Source: an uncultured Anaerolinea sp. (GTDB lineage Bacteria > Chloroflexota > Anaerolineae > Anaerolineales > Anaerolineaceae). From it: a DNA stretch of 64,000 bases. Both the position numbers and the translations under genes were made by a program. The notes below the pieces were generated by a model, which worked only from the letters and a program-made list of their open reading frames with translations, was not told the DNA's origin and made no database searches. Shown piece after piece: positions 27,365 through 37,165 of the stretch (position 1 is the first letter of the stretch; each line of letters begins with the position of its first letter). Where the stretch lies: contig CAZLBG010000001.1 in assembly GCA_964557895.1 (NCBI GenBank), positions 44,858 through 108,857 of the forward strand, read 5' to 3'.

Positions 27365-28219
27365 ATGAGCAATGTTCATGTAATTACAGATACTGACTCC
27401 AACCTTCCTCTAGATCTCGCTGCGCAGTATGGCATCAACCAGGTGCCCATCACTGTTCAATTCGGCGAAGACTCCTACGAGGACCTGTTCGGCATCGACA
27501 ACAAGACCATGTTCGCCCGCATCGACAAGACCGGCAAGCTCCCCACCACCGCTGCCCCCTCCCCGGCTGCCTTTTCCAAGGCGTTTCACAAGGCTTTCTC
27601 GTCCGGTGCCGATTCCGTCATCTGTGTAACCGTCGGCAGTGCCATCAGCCGCACCTACGAGTCCGCCCTGGTTGCCGCCGCTGAATTGCCCAACCGCAAG
27701 ATTACCGTTGTCGATTCCGGGCATCTCAGCCTCGCGGAAGGGTTCATCGCCCTCACTGCCGCTGAAGCCCTCAAAGCCGGCGCTTCTCACGATGAGGCAG
27801 TGGCAAAAGCCAAAGACCTCATTCCCCGCACCTACCTGTATGGCGCGCTCAGTACCCTCAAGTACCTGGCTCTCGGGGGTCGGGTCAGCAACCTCGCCGC
27901 CAACATGGGCAACCTGCTCAACATCAAACCTATCCTCACCATGAAGGATGGCAAGCTCGACATGCTGGAGAAGGTCCGTACCACCAAGGTTGCCATGGCC
28001 CGCCTGGTCGAGCTCCTCTCCGCAGCAGCAGGCAGCCGTCATATCGAACGCGCCGCCATCCTCCATGTTCTCAACGAATCCGGTGCCGCCGAGTTCAAGT
28101 CCATGCTCCAGAAGACGGTCAATCTTCCAGACCCCACCCCGCTCTATAACTTTGGTCCGGGGCTGTCGGTACATGCTGGACTTGGTCTGATCGGCTGTGT
28201 GCTGGTCGCAAAGAAGTAG
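27365..28219 (+). CDS. DegV-family fatty-acid-binding protein
   Basis: VHVITDTDSNLP...QVPITVQFG N-terminus. 284 aa. Confidence 0.88.
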   Translation: MSNVHVITDTDSNLPLDLAAQYGINQVPITVQFGEDSYEDLFGIDNKTMFARIDKTGKLPTTAAPSPAAFSKAFHKAFSSGADSVICVTVGSAISRTYESALVAAAELPNRKITVVDSGHLSLAEGFIALTAAEALKAGASHDEAVAKAKDLIPRTYLYGALSTLKYLALGGRVSNLAANMGNLLNIKPILTMKDGKLDMLEKVRTTKVAMARLVELLSAAAGSRHIERAAILHVLNESGAAEFKSMLQKTVNLPDPTPLYNFGPGLSVHAGLGLIGCVLVAKK

Positions 28220-28227
28220 ATAACAAA

Positions 28228-28250
28228 AGTCCCTGGAATCTCCAGGGACT
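28228..28250. terminator. Bidirectional hairpin between convergent degV and the DEAD-box helicase gene
   Basis: 'agtccctgga' / loop 'atc' / 'tccagggact'. Confidence 0.6.
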
Positions 28251-28256
28251 TCTCAA

Positions 28257-29927
28257 CTAATCCGCTTTTCTCAATATCACTGGTTTCCCCCGCAGCCTGT
28301 ATTTACCTTCACTGCTGCGCAGTACCAGGCTCACGTGTTGCTCCATCACATCTACAAAGGTGTGATCCTTATGAATGTCAATCGCGCCAATTGCAGTTCC
28401 GGGGATTCCCGATTCACTCGCGATCGCTCCAACCACATCACCCGGGCGGATGCCGTTTGTGTTCCCGAGGTTCATCCACAGACGTACCATGCCCTGCTCA
28501 TCGCCGCGGCGGCGTTGTGATCGTTCTCGGCCTTTATCATTCCCTTTGGGCCATGACTGTGCCGGTTTGTCACCTCGCCCTGAAGTACGCCTGTTGGCGT
28601 TCTTGTCAGCACGGGGGCTGTCCACTTCGATGACCTTGATCTCGCCCTCGTTCGCTTTCAGCAGCCGGATGGCTCCCACGGCAACCGCCGCGGCATCGAA
28701 TCCGCGCTCTTGCAGGCTTACGAGCAGCGCCCGCTCTGCGGAATTTGCTCCGGCCAACAGTTGCCCGGCGATGCGGTCCATCAGTTTCTCCGCCCGCTTC
28801 TGCTCCACCTCAGCTACCGTCGGCAAAGCAAACTCACGCAACGGTTGCCGCGTGAACGACTGGATCTGGTTGGTCCAGTTACGTTCTCTGGGCGTGATGA
28901 AGGAAATGGCAACACCGGTTTTGCCGGCTCGCCCCGTCCTGCCAATGCGGTGTACGTAGTCTTCGCTATCGGCGGGCAGGTCAAAGTTGATCACGTGGCT
29001 CACGTCAGCAATGTCCAGTCCACGGGCAGCCACATCCGTAGCCACCAGCAGTTTGACCGTTCCATTACGGAACCGGTCCAGCACAACTTCGCGTCGGTTC
29101 TGGTTCAGGTCGCCGTGCAGCGCATCCGCGCCAAAACCGATCCGCAGCAGGTCCTCTGCCAGATCCTGTGCCCGGGCTTTCGTTCGAGTGAAGATCAACG
29201 CGCTGGTCACATCCTCGATTTCAAGTATCCGGGTCAGGGCTGCGATCTTGGCATCTTCCCGCACGCGGTAACACCGTTGCTCAATCTCAGCAACCGTGAT
29301 TGACTTGGGGTTGATGCTCACTTTTACCGGGTTATCCAGGTATCGCTCAGATAGCTTGCGGATTCTCTCCGGCATTGTCGCGCTGAAAAGCGCTACCTGC
29401 CGTTTGGACGATAGTTCACTCAGGAGTGACTCAACATCGTCGATGAACCCCATTGCCAGCATCTCATCTGCTTCATCAACAACAAGCATGGTCACCTGGC
29501 TGAGGTCCAGCAGTTTCTGCCGGATGAGGTCAAGCAGCCGTCCTGGCGTTCCCACCACAACGTCTGCTCCCCGTTCCAATGCCCGCACCTGGATTGTATA
29601 AGATTGTCCGCCATATACCGATACGATCTTGATGGAGGTTTTTTGTGCCAGTTCCTTGCCTGCGTCGCTCACCTGTTTTGCCAGTTCACGTGTCGGCGAC
29701 AATACCAGCGCTTTCACTCCCTTGCCCGATCGATCGAGCTTTTGGAGCAACGGCAGCATGAAAGCCGCAGTTTTGCCTGTTCCTGTTTGTGCCTGCCCGA
29801 TCAGGTCTCGACCTTCGAGCAGCGGCGGTATGGCTGCCACTTGTATCGGGGTAGGCTCGCTGTACCCCATCTTCTCAATGGCACTCAAGTATTCCTGGGC
29901 TAATCCCAGGTTGTCAAAAACGTTCAT
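28257..29927 (-). CDS. DEAD-box RNA helicase with a DbpA-type C-terminal RNA-binding domain
   Basis: AQTGTGKT, VVDEADEML, FSATMP and HRIGRTGR motifs. ATG at 29927 is preceded by 'ggag'. The longer ORF to 29996 lacks support. Confidence 0.9.
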   Translation of the reverse strand: MNVFDNLGLAQEYLSAIEKMGYSEPTPIQVAAIPPLLEGRDLIGQAQTGTGKTAAFMLPLLQKLDRSGKGVKALVLSPTRELAKQVSDAGKELAQKTSIKIVSVYGGQSYTIQVRALERGADVVVGTPGRLLDLIRQKLLDLSQVTMLVVDEADEMLAMGFIDDVESLLSELSSKRQVALFSATMPERIRKLSERYLDNPVKVSINPKSITVAEIEQRCYRVREDAKIAALTRILEIEDVTSALIFTRTKARAQDLAEDLLRIGFGADALHGDLNQNRREVVLDRFRNGTVKLLVATDVAARGLDIADVSHVINFDLPADSEDYVHRIGRTGRAGKTGVAISFITPRERNWTNQIQSFTRQPLREFALPTVAEVEQKRAEKLMDRIAGQLLAGANSAERALLVSLQERGFDAAAVAVGAIRLLKANEGEIKVIEVDSPRADKNANRRTSGRGDKPAQSWPKGNDKGRERSQRRRGDEQGMVRLWMNLGNTNGIRPGDVVGAIASESGIPGTAIGAIDIHKDHTFVDVMEQHVSLVLRSSEGKYRLRGKPVILRKAD

Positions 29928-29942
29928 TTTTCTCCAAATCCA

Positions 29943-29977
29943 CAAAAAAATACCCTTCCGGAACCGGCAGGGTATTT
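29943..29977 (-). terminator. Rho-independent terminator of lysA
   Basis: Minus strand: 'aaataccct' ... 'agggtattt', followed by 'ttttttt'. Confidence 0.75.
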
Positions 29978-30059
29978 GACCAAGCACGATTAACAACTGG
30001 GTTACATTTGTTGCGCCTGAATTATAACACCATACTTCCAGGAAGTTACGATATTGATA

Positions 30060-31385
30060 TTATCTACCTGTCCACCAGTTGCTTTCATCGGGGTATTCCC
30101 GGTTTTGCATGATCTCCACTTTTCCATCTTCGAGCCATAATACAGTCGGTCGCGTGGCAAAATTGTAGTTGGAAGACATGCTCAACTGGTAAGCCCCTGC
30201 AACAGGAATCGCCAGGGTCTCACCGCGGGTTGCAATCGGAAGGAGAACGTCCTCGATCAACACATCGCCCGTTTCACAGAACTTGCCCACAACCCTTGCA
30301 TGCACCTCATTAGCCGCTTCTGCCCGTTCTGCGATTAACGCCGTGTATTTTGCGCTATACAGCGCAACCCGCGGGTTGTCCGCTATGCCGCCATCCACTG
30401 CAATGATATGCTGCCCATCCGGTGTGTCCTTTTGTGAGCCAACGGTGTACAATGCCACTCCCGCCTGCGCAACCAGGAATCTCCCTGGCTCGATCACCAG
30501 CAAAGGCAGCGGCCACCCTCTCTTTTCACACTCGAACTTGATTTGCCTCGCGATTGCCTCTATCCAAATCCGCGGGTCGATGAAGGGGTCCTCCTCGGTG
30601 TATCGCACTCCCCAGCCCCCGCCTGGCGAAAACTCCTGTGGGATAAAACCATTCTTTTCTGCAAGTAAATACATCTTACTGATCGCTTCTTCATAAACAA
30701 CAGTATCCCGAAGTTGAGACCCCAAATGCGTATGCAATCCAACAAGATCAACCCATTTACTGGCTTTTGCCTGCTGAACTGCTCTGCCAGCTTGTCCATC
30801 CGAGATGTGCACACCGAACTTTGATGCCGCATGGGATGTTTGGATGTGCTTATGGGTATCCACCTCGATATCCGGCGTGATCCTCAGCCAAATCCTTGCC
30901 TTTTTGCCCATCTCCTCAGCATTTTTCTCCACGTAGGTTAACTCATCCAGGCTGTCGACCACGATTGCGCTTACACCCCATTCCAACGCCGCCTTGATCT
31001 CCTCTGCGGTCTTATTATTACCATGCAGGTGGAGTTTTCCTGGATCCAGGTTGGCTTTTTGTGCCACCCGAATATCACCGATGGTGATGAGGTCTGCGCC
31101 GAGATTCATTTCACATATTTTTCGGGCAAATGCAAGGGAGAAATAGGCTTTGGTAGCGTAGGCAACCTCTGCATTTTTTCCGTAATTTTCAAGCAATAGC
31201 TCTTTGAGCATCACTGTTTGTTCTTTAATCGTCACAGCATCATAGATATACAACGGTGTGCCATACTCTTTTGCTAAATCACTTGCTCGTAATCCGCAAA
31301 TCTCCAGTTGACCGGCAGAATTCACACAGCTGCTGATGGGAAACAGAGAAATTCTATTGGGCGATGTGTTCATTGACTTTTCCAT
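30060..31385 (-). CDS. lysA: Diaminopimelate decarboxylase
   Basis: GTPLYIYD, YATKAY, HLHGNN, HTHLGSQ, EPGRFLV and CETGDVL motifs. Start is uncertain (ATG at 31385, alternatives 31421 and 31373). Confidence 0.9.
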   Translation of the reverse strand: MEKSMNTSPNRISLFPISSCVNSAGQLEICGLRASDLAKEYGTPLYIYDAVTIKEQTVMLKELLLENYGKNAEVAYATKAYFSLAFARKICEMNLGADLITIGDIRVAQKANLDPGKLHLHGNNKTAEEIKAALEWGVSAIVVDSLDELTYVEKNAEEMGKKARIWLRITPDIEVDTHKHIQTSHAASKFGVHISDGQAGRAVQQAKASKWVDLVGLHTHLGSQLRDTVVYEEAISKMYLLAEKNGFIPQEFSPGGGWGVRYTEEDPFIDPRIWIEAIARQIKFECEKRGWPLPLLVIEPGRFLVAQAGVALYTVGSQKDTPDGQHIIAVDGGIADNPRVALYSAKYTALIAERAEAANEVHARVVGKFCETGDVLIEDVLLPIATRGETLAIPVAGAYQLSMSSNYNFATRPTVLWLEDGKVEIMQNREYPDESNWWTGR

Positions 31386-31467
31386 TTCTTGATTATCCCA
31401 CGAGCTGACAATAACGCACAATGTTTATCATATAATAAATGTTGAATTCATTTCCAGGGAGAAAACT

Positions 31468-32103
31468 ATGCCTAAAAGGTTGATTCTCGTGGCAGGCAAC
31501 ATTGGTTCGGGCAAGACCTCGCTGACAGAGAGAATTGGTGAAAAATTAGGTTGGAAAACAGCTTACGAATCGGTTGTTGACAACCCGTACCTCCCGGATT
31601 TTTATGCGGATATGAAATCCTGGTCTTTTCATTTACAGGTTTTCTTCTTGGGGCACCGCGCCCAACAACATCTTGAGTTATTCGAAGATTCTCATTCTGC
31701 CATAATCGACAGAAGCATTTACGAAGATGCCTACATATTCGCCCGGGCTTTACATAGTATGGGGAATATCAATGAGAGGGATTATAAGACTTATCGTCAG
31801 GTTTTCAATCTTGTGATAAAGAATCTGCCCCCTCCATCTTTGCTAATTTATCTGAAAGCCCCAGTGGATGTATTGGTAAAAAGAATTCAGAAACGCGGTC
31901 GGGAGATCGAGTCCTCGATAAGCCCTGATTATCTCAAACTCCTGGATTCTTTTTACTCAGATTGGATCGCCAATTTTGACCTCTGCCCTGTCCTTACTTT
32001 GCGGACAGATGATCTCGATTTTGTCCATAAGTCACAACATCTGGATACAGTGGTAGATCGTATTCAGGAGAAACTGGCTGGCAAGGAAGAGTTAACTTTC
32101 TGA
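31468..32103 (+). CDS. Deoxynucleoside kinase
   Basis: GNIGSGKTSL P-loop and DRSIYED (DRS) motif. SD 'agggag'. Confidence 0.85.
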   Translation: MPKRLILVAGNIGSGKTSLTERIGEKLGWKTAYESVVDNPYLPDFYADMKSWSFHLQVFFLGHRAQQHLELFEDSHSAIIDRSIYEDAYIFARALHSMGNINERDYKTYRQVFNLVIKNLPPPSLLIYLKAPVDVLVKRIQKRGREIESSISPDYLKLLDSFYSDWIANFDLCPVLTLRTDDLDFVHKSQHLDTVVDRIQEKLAGKEELTF

Positions 32104-32147
32104 TCTTCCGTTTCAAGTCATAATATTAATATTGCAAAGTACGCCCC

Positions 32148-32172
32148 GCAACTATTTCAACATTGATGCGTA
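32148..32172 (+). promoter_or_regulatory. Candidate ECF-type autoregulated promoter
   Basis: 'gcaac' (32148-32152), 16 nt, 'cgta' (32169-32172). Lies ~35 nt upstream of the sigma-factor GTG. Confidence 0.3.
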
Positions 32173-32207
32173 TACTTACTTAGAACATTTGAGAACATGG
32201 TGTCAAT

Positions 32208-32801
32208 GTGGTTAATCTTGACCGCGAATGGATCGATAAAGCCTGCAATGGGGATGACGAAGCTTTTACGAAGCTAGTTGAAACCTACCAGAATCCGGTC
32301 TATAACATGTGTTTTCGAATGCTTGGTGAGGCGGGAGCTGCAGAAGATGCTGCGCAGGAAACTTTCTGGCGGGCATACCAAAACTTGAAAAAATATGATC
32401 CGCAGCGCTCGTTTATCACCTGGATCCTTTCCATCGCTGCCCATTACTGCATCGATCAGCAGCGTAAACGCCGCATTCCATTGTTCGAACTGGACGAGTT
32501 CCCGGATTTTGATCTCGGAGACGCAAGTCTTCCAACCCCGGAAAAACAGCTTAACCTGAACGAGGAAGATGCAGCGCTGCACAATTTGATCAATACGTTA
32601 CAGCCGATCGATCGGGCAGCAGTAATAATGAAATATTGGCATGAGTGTTCGGAGGAAGAAATATCAGAAATGCTAGAACTATCAGTTAGCGCAGTAAAAA
32701 GCCGTCTGCATCGGGCACGAAAACAGTTGGCAAATATGATTTTAGAAATGAACGTATCTCCAGAGAAAGAAAGGAGAAAATATGAATCACAAGCCCTTTG
32801 A
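32208..32801 (+). CDS. ECF (group 4) sigma-70 factor
   Basis: 197 aa with region 2 (FTKLVETYQNPVYNMCFRMLG) and region 4 (SEEEISEMLELSVSAVKSRLHRARKQL). Confidence 0.9.
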   Translation: MVNLDREWIDKACNGDDEAFTKLVETYQNPVYNMCFRMLGEAGAAEDAAQETFWRAYQNLKKYDPQRSFITWILSIAAHYCIDQQRKRRIPLFELDEFPDFDLGDASLPTPEKQLNLNEEDAALHNLINTLQPIDRAAVIMKYWHECSEEEISEMLELSVSAVKSRLHRARKQLANMILEMNVSPEKERRKYESQAL

Positions 32802-33318
32802 ATCCTGGATTTTGGAAGGTTATTCTGGAAATCCGGCGGAAAAAGAACAACTTGAAGAACATTTATCCGTATGTCCGCAGTGTTCGAAACTTGAAAAATC
32901 TTGGAACACAGCAAGACTTCAACTAAAGGCAGTCCCTGTCAAGAAAGCTCCTGTAAATTTTGTGGATTTATGGCAGAGCAACCTGGTTCGTTTTAGGGAA
33001 AAACAAAAAAGAAAACAGGCACGCACGCTTTTAGCTGGCTACATCGGTGGAGCGGTAATCGCCCTGATTGCATTGAGTGCCGTTTTACTTCCCAAGATTT
33101 CTTTAATCTCAGTCATCGTAACAACTACATCGGCAATGGTACGGCTGATAGAATCGATCAAACAAGTTTGGACAATAATCCTGAGTTTGGTAAAGGTAGC
33201 GCCAACAACAACATTGTTGGTTATTGCAGCCATGTTTGCTGGTTGGATCCTCTTGGCTGTCCTGGCTTGGGCTGTTTCCGTCTGGAAAGTATCTGTAAAA
33301 AAGGTGGTGGCTAAATGA
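32782..33318 (+). CDS. Membrane anti-sigma factor (zf-HC2 type)
   Basis: HLSVCPQC (H-x3-C-x2-C) followed by TM helices. 20-nt overlap with the sigma gene. Confidence 0.75.
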   Translation: MNHKPFESWILEGYSGNPAEKEQLEEHLSVCPQCSKLEKSWNTARLQLKAVPVKKAPVNFVDLWQSNLVRFREKQKRKQARTLLAGYIGGAVIALIALSAVLLPKISLISVIVTTTSAMVRLIESIKQVWTIILSLVKVAPTTTLLVIAAMFAGWILLAVLAWAVSVWKVSVKKVVAK

Positions 33319-34334
33319 AAACTTCTTTAAGGGTATTTCTATCTCTTCTTTTCCTGTCCTTGTTAGTCATCCCTTCCGGATATGTACTCGCACAGGACCC
33401 TACGCCAACGCCTGGGAATGAATATACAGGGGATCAGCTCGTCATCGGAAATACCTACAGGCTTTCCTCCGGTGATACTTTGACCGGTAACCTGGCTATC
33501 GTTGGCGGTACCGCTACCATCGAGCAGGATGCCACGATGATTGGCGATATCATACTTTCCGGTGGTACGATGACATTATCTGGAACGTTGAATGGGGACA
33601 TCATTGCTATTGGGGGAGCAGTTACCCTCGAAGATTCCTCCACTGTTAATGGCAACTTGGTCCTCATTGGAGCAACTCTAAAGAGGTCGCCTCTTGCTGA
33701 AATCAATGGGGAAATTACTGAACAAAGTCCCTCCTTCTTTGATTTCAAGGATACAGGCAAACTCTTGCCTTTTACTCAGAAAGCTGATCCATTAACCAAA
33801 GCCCTAACGATAACCTTTGAGTCTCTCGCTTTAAGCGCCCTTGCAGTTATTCTGGGCTTAATCCTTCCTCAGCAGGTAAAAAGGGTATCGTCTACAATCA
33901 CATCCCAACCTCTGGTTGCCGGTGGAGTGGGTCTTCTAACAGTTGTAGTGTTACCAATCATTTTGGTGTTACTGACAGTCACCATAATTCTCATCCCCGT
34001 TACGATACTCACCATAGTACTCTTCATTTTTGCCCTGTTGTTCGGCTGGATGGCAGCAGGCCATGAAGTTGGAGATCGTATTGAAAGCCTGTTCCATGTG
34101 GATTGGCACCCAGCTATCAGTTCGGGGATAGGTGTCCTTTTACTTACTCTGGTATCTGGGTTTTCAACCATGATTCCCTGTGCTGGCTGGTTAATTGGAG
34201 GATTAGTATCACTCTTTGGACTGGGCGCAGTAGTCATCTCGCGTTTCGGGTCAGAAAAATACTCGCGGAAAGTTATTGATGCTGTACTACCCTCCAGTGA
34301 AGTGCCGCCAGTAAGCACTGAAAAAAATGATTAG
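33315..34334 (+). CDS. Membrane protein with an exported bactofilin-like (polymer-forming cytoskeletal-type) beta-helix repeat region
   Basis: Signal peptide. GNLAIVGGTATIEQDATMIGDIILSGGTMTLSGTLNGDIIAIGG repeats. Then ~5 TM helices. Confidence 0.5.
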   Translation: MKTSLRVFLSLLFLSLLVIPSGYVLAQDPTPTPGNEYTGDQLVIGNTYRLSSGDTLTGNLAIVGGTATIEQDATMIGDIILSGGTMTLSGTLNGDIIAIGGAVTLEDSSTVNGNLVLIGATLKRSPLAEINGEITEQSPSFFDFKDTGKLLPFTQKADPLTKALTITFESLALSALAVILGLILPQQVKRVSSTITSQPLVAGGVGLLTVVVLPIILVLLTVTIILIPVTILTIVLFIFALLFGWMAAGHEVGDRIESLFHVDWHPAISSGIGVLLLTLVSGFSTMIPCAGWLIGGLVSLFGLGAVVISRFGSEKYSRKVIDAVLPSSEVPPVSTEKND

Positions 34335-34360
34335 TCGATGGCTTACTTAAGGTGCTCAAA

Positions 34361-35209
34361 ATGAAAAAAATAAAGATAATCCTCTTGGTTGGGATGGCAT
34401 TGACACTGATGGCTTGTACTTTATCAGTCAATGTGCCAAAGGTTCAGACAGGGACCATCATTAAGATGGAAATCAATGAAACCGCCTCTGCAGATGCCAA
34501 TCCCGTAGAATTGAAGATCGAGATGGGTGCTGGAACCTTGGCTATTCAGCCTGGGGCAGCTTCCACAATTGAAGGAATCATCGCCTATAACGTTGATGAC
34601 TGGAAACCCAGCGTTAGCAATTCCGGAAATCAGATTTCCATATCTCAATCCAACACAAAAAATGTCGGTGTACCTGATGGGCAGATTGAGAATGCTTGGA
34701 ATTTAAAAATTGGATCAACACCAATCGATCTATCTATTTCCACTGGTGCCAACGAAGGCTTATTTGACCTCAGTGGATTATCCATAGAGCGGCTCTCAAT
34801 ATCAGATGGCGCAAGTAAAACGACCGTCACATTCAATGAGCCTAATCCTGTTGAGATGGAAAAGTTGGAGTATCACACCGGTGCATCTGAAGTTAATTTA
34901 ATTGGCTTAGGAAACGCAAATGTCCAGAGCATTGAATTTAACGGCGGTGCGGGAAGTTATGAATTGGATTTCAGTGGCGATCTTGCTAATGACATGAACG
35001 TTCGCATTGGGACTGGAATGAGCGACCTCTCCATCATCATTCCTTCTGGCGTTCATTCCATAATCGTAATCAATGGTGGACTAAGTAACATCAATGCTAC
35101 AGGCACTTGGACAATAAATGGCAGCACTTACGAATCCGGTATAGCCGAACCTACCATAAGAATAACGATTGACATGGCTGTCGGTAATTTGAATTTGATT
35201 CAAAAATAA
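34361..35209 (+). CDS. Lipoprotein with a toastrack/DUF4097-like repeat domain
   Basis: MKKIKIILLVGMALTLMAC lipobox. Repeated 'G(A/G)S...L' strands. ATG at 34361 lies 6 nt after 'aaggtg'. Confidence 0.55.
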   Translation: MKKIKIILLVGMALTLMACTLSVNVPKVQTGTIIKMEINETASADANPVELKIEMGAGTLAIQPGAASTIEGIIAYNVDDWKPSVSNSGNQISISQSNTKNVGVPDGQIENAWNLKIGSTPIDLSISTGANEGLFDLSGLSIERLSISDGASKTTVTFNEPNPVEMEKLEYHTGASEVNLIGLGNANVQSIEFNGGAGSYELDFSGDLANDMNVRIGTGMSDLSIIIPSGVHSIIVINGGLSNINATGTWTINGSTYESGIAEPTIRITIDMAVGNLNLIQK

Positions 35210-35228
35210 TCCCGGACGCCCGAATTAG

Positions 35229-35261
35229 AAGGCTGAAGCTTTTGAGCTCCAGCCTTTTTTC
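35229..35261 (+). terminator. Rho-independent terminator of the ECF module
   Basis: 'ggctgaagc' / 'gctccagcc' with 1 mismatch, followed by 'tttttt'. Confidence 0.65.
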
Positions 35262-35315
35262 TTGAATGGTGTTCTGGGATGTAGTACACTTTCTCTTTGG
35301 AAGAAATCAATTTTT

Positions 35316-36548
35316 ATGGATAATTTTTGGACCACATTGATAATTGTCAGCCTGGTATATCTTGGGCTGGCCATTGGCTTTATCCCCCGTGTTCATTCCA
35401 ATCGGACAACGATCACCTTGATCGGGGTTGGAATTCTCCTGGTGTTCAAACAGGTAAAATTCGGCCAAATTAGCTCCTTCCTTGATCTTGATACACTCGT
35501 CCTCTTATTCAGCATGATGGTCATTAACGCGAACTTACGGCTGTCGGGATTTTTTAAATTGGCTGGCGCAACACTTCTACGATTAACCCGAAAACCGAGG
35601 GTTTTCCTTGCGATTGAGATCCTATTGGTTGGAGTATTAAGTGCACTCTTCCTGAATGACACGATCTGCATCATGTTCACACCCTTTCTGCTAGACCTGC
35701 TCCTAGCCATAAACAGGAATCCAATTCCCTATCTTATCGCCCTTGCTACTGCATCCAACATCGGATCAGTCGCCACACTGACAGGCAATCCGCAAAATAT
35801 GATCATTGGAATCGCATCTGGAATCCAGTATTTGGATTTTTTAAAGGCTCTTGCGCCTGTAGCAATTATTTGCCTTGGGGTAATTTGGGTCGTGGTAATC
35901 CTCTTTTATAAAAATGAGTTTGCTCCCCGGAATTTTTTCAACATTCCCCCAACTCGCGAAATCCGTTATTACCGTCCGCTTATGATTAAAACCCTCATCG
36001 TTACATCGGGTCTCTTGATTGCATTCCTTGCAGGGGTTCCAGTCGCTTTAGCTGCATTGATTGCTGCAGTAACACTCCTCTTTACCCGTCGCATAAAACC
36101 GGAAAAAATTTTTGCGTCAATTGATTGGGAAATACTTGTGTTTTTTGCTGGATTATTCATTATTACCGGCGCGCTTGAATCAAATGGAATTACTGCGAAG
36201 TTAAGCGATATTTCCACTTCTGTCGGTGAATTATCTGTACTGGGTCTTAGTATTATTACAGCCTTACTGAGCAATCTTGTTTCCAATGTTCCGGCAGTTT
36301 TATTACTGAAACCAATAATAGCTCAATTGAATAATCCTTCAGCAGGTTGGCTCACCCTCGCAGCAAGCTCCACTCTAGCCGGAAATTTGACTTTACTGGG
36401 ATCAGTGGCAAATTTGATCGTGGCAGAATCTGCTGGCCGTAGAAAAATCAAGTTGTCATTCTGGGAATACACAAAAGCCGGAGCATTAATCACTCTCGTT
36501 ACTCTTGGAATTAGTATTTTCTGGATCGCATTTTTTATCTGGAATTAG
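35316..36548 (+). CDS. ArsB/NhaD-superfamily anion permease (YbiR-like)
   Basis: ~410-aa polytopic membrane protein. The ATG at 35316 is chosen because the longer ORF begins inside the upstream terminator. Confidence 0.65.
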   Translation: MDNFWTTLIIVSLVYLGLAIGFIPRVHSNRTTITLIGVGILLVFKQVKFGQISSFLDLDTLVLLFSMMVINANLRLSGFFKLAGATLLRLTRKPRVFLAIEILLVGVLSALFLNDTICIMFTPFLLDLLLAINRNPIPYLIALATASNIGSVATLTGNPQNMIIGIASGIQYLDFLKALAPVAIICLGVIWVVVILFYKNEFAPRNFFNIPPTREIRYYRPLMIKTLIVTSGLLIAFLAGVPVALAALIAAVTLLFTRRIKPEKIFASIDWEILVFFAGLFIITGALESNGITAKLSDISTSVGELSVLGLSIITALLSNLVSNVPAVLLLKPIIAQLNNPSAGWLTLAASSTLAGNLTLLGSVANLIVAESAGRRKIKLSFWEYTKAGALITLVTLGISIFWIAFFIWN

Positions 36549-36554
36549 AGAGCG

Positions 36555-37151
36555 TTATTTGTACAGACCCATTTCCATCACTGCTCGATATACTGCATCT
36601 CTTAGGTAGTATCGGAACCCCTGGTTTTCATTTATTCTTTGTCTAATTTGCTTTGACGAGATCTCAAGGATTGGAGCATCTACAATTTGTACTTTCTTGC
36701 TGATTCCGGGTAGAACAGTTTCCAGGGATGCCAGGTCAACCTGGTCAGCATGCCGGCGCATAACCCCGATACCATCACAAATTTCGATAAAATCCTGCGG
36801 GCGATTCCAGGTTGGAAGGTCATGAAGAGAATCCCCTCCCATAAGGTAGAAGAAATAGGCCTCTGGATTTTCCTGCTTGAGAATTTTCATCGTATCAATG
36901 GCAAAATGAGGTCCGGGTCTATCAATATCAACCCGGGAAAGCATAAAAGCATTATTTCCTTTTATGGCTTTTTGCACTAGTTTTACCCGATCTTCTATTG
37001 GACTGACACTAACATAATGCTTATGAGGAGGATTATCTGTGACAACCCACAACAATCTATCCAGGTTTAATTGGGTTCTGCACTCTTCTGCCAGTATCAG
37101 GTGTCCCACATGTGGGGGATCAAAGGTGCCGCCAAATATTCCTATGCGCAT
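36555..37151 (-). CDS. nadD: Nicotinate-nucleotide adenylyltransferase
   Basis: MRIGIFGGTFDPPHVGHL. SD 'gaggt' upstream of the ATG at 37151. 15 nt after the obg stop. Confidence 0.9.
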   Translation of the reverse strand: MRIGIFGGTFDPPHVGHLILAEECRTQLNLDRLLWVVTDNPPHKHYVSVSPIEDRVKLVQKAIKGNNAFMLSRVDIDRPGPHFAIDTMKILKQENPEAYFFYLMGGDSLHDLPTWNRPQDFIEICDGIGVMRRHADQVDLASLETVLPGISKKVQIVDAPILEISSKQIRQRINENQGFRYYLRDAVYRAVMEMGLYK

Positions 37152-37165
37152 TATTCTTACCTCAC

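Noticed and set aside
29978-31467. Lysine riboswitch upstream of lysA, and a T-box upstream of argS (41623..41735)
   Set aside because: The available 5' regions are about 45-80 nt for lysA and about 40-60 nt after the rpsT terminator for argS. These are far shorter than an L-box or T-box leader, and no conserved cores were seen.
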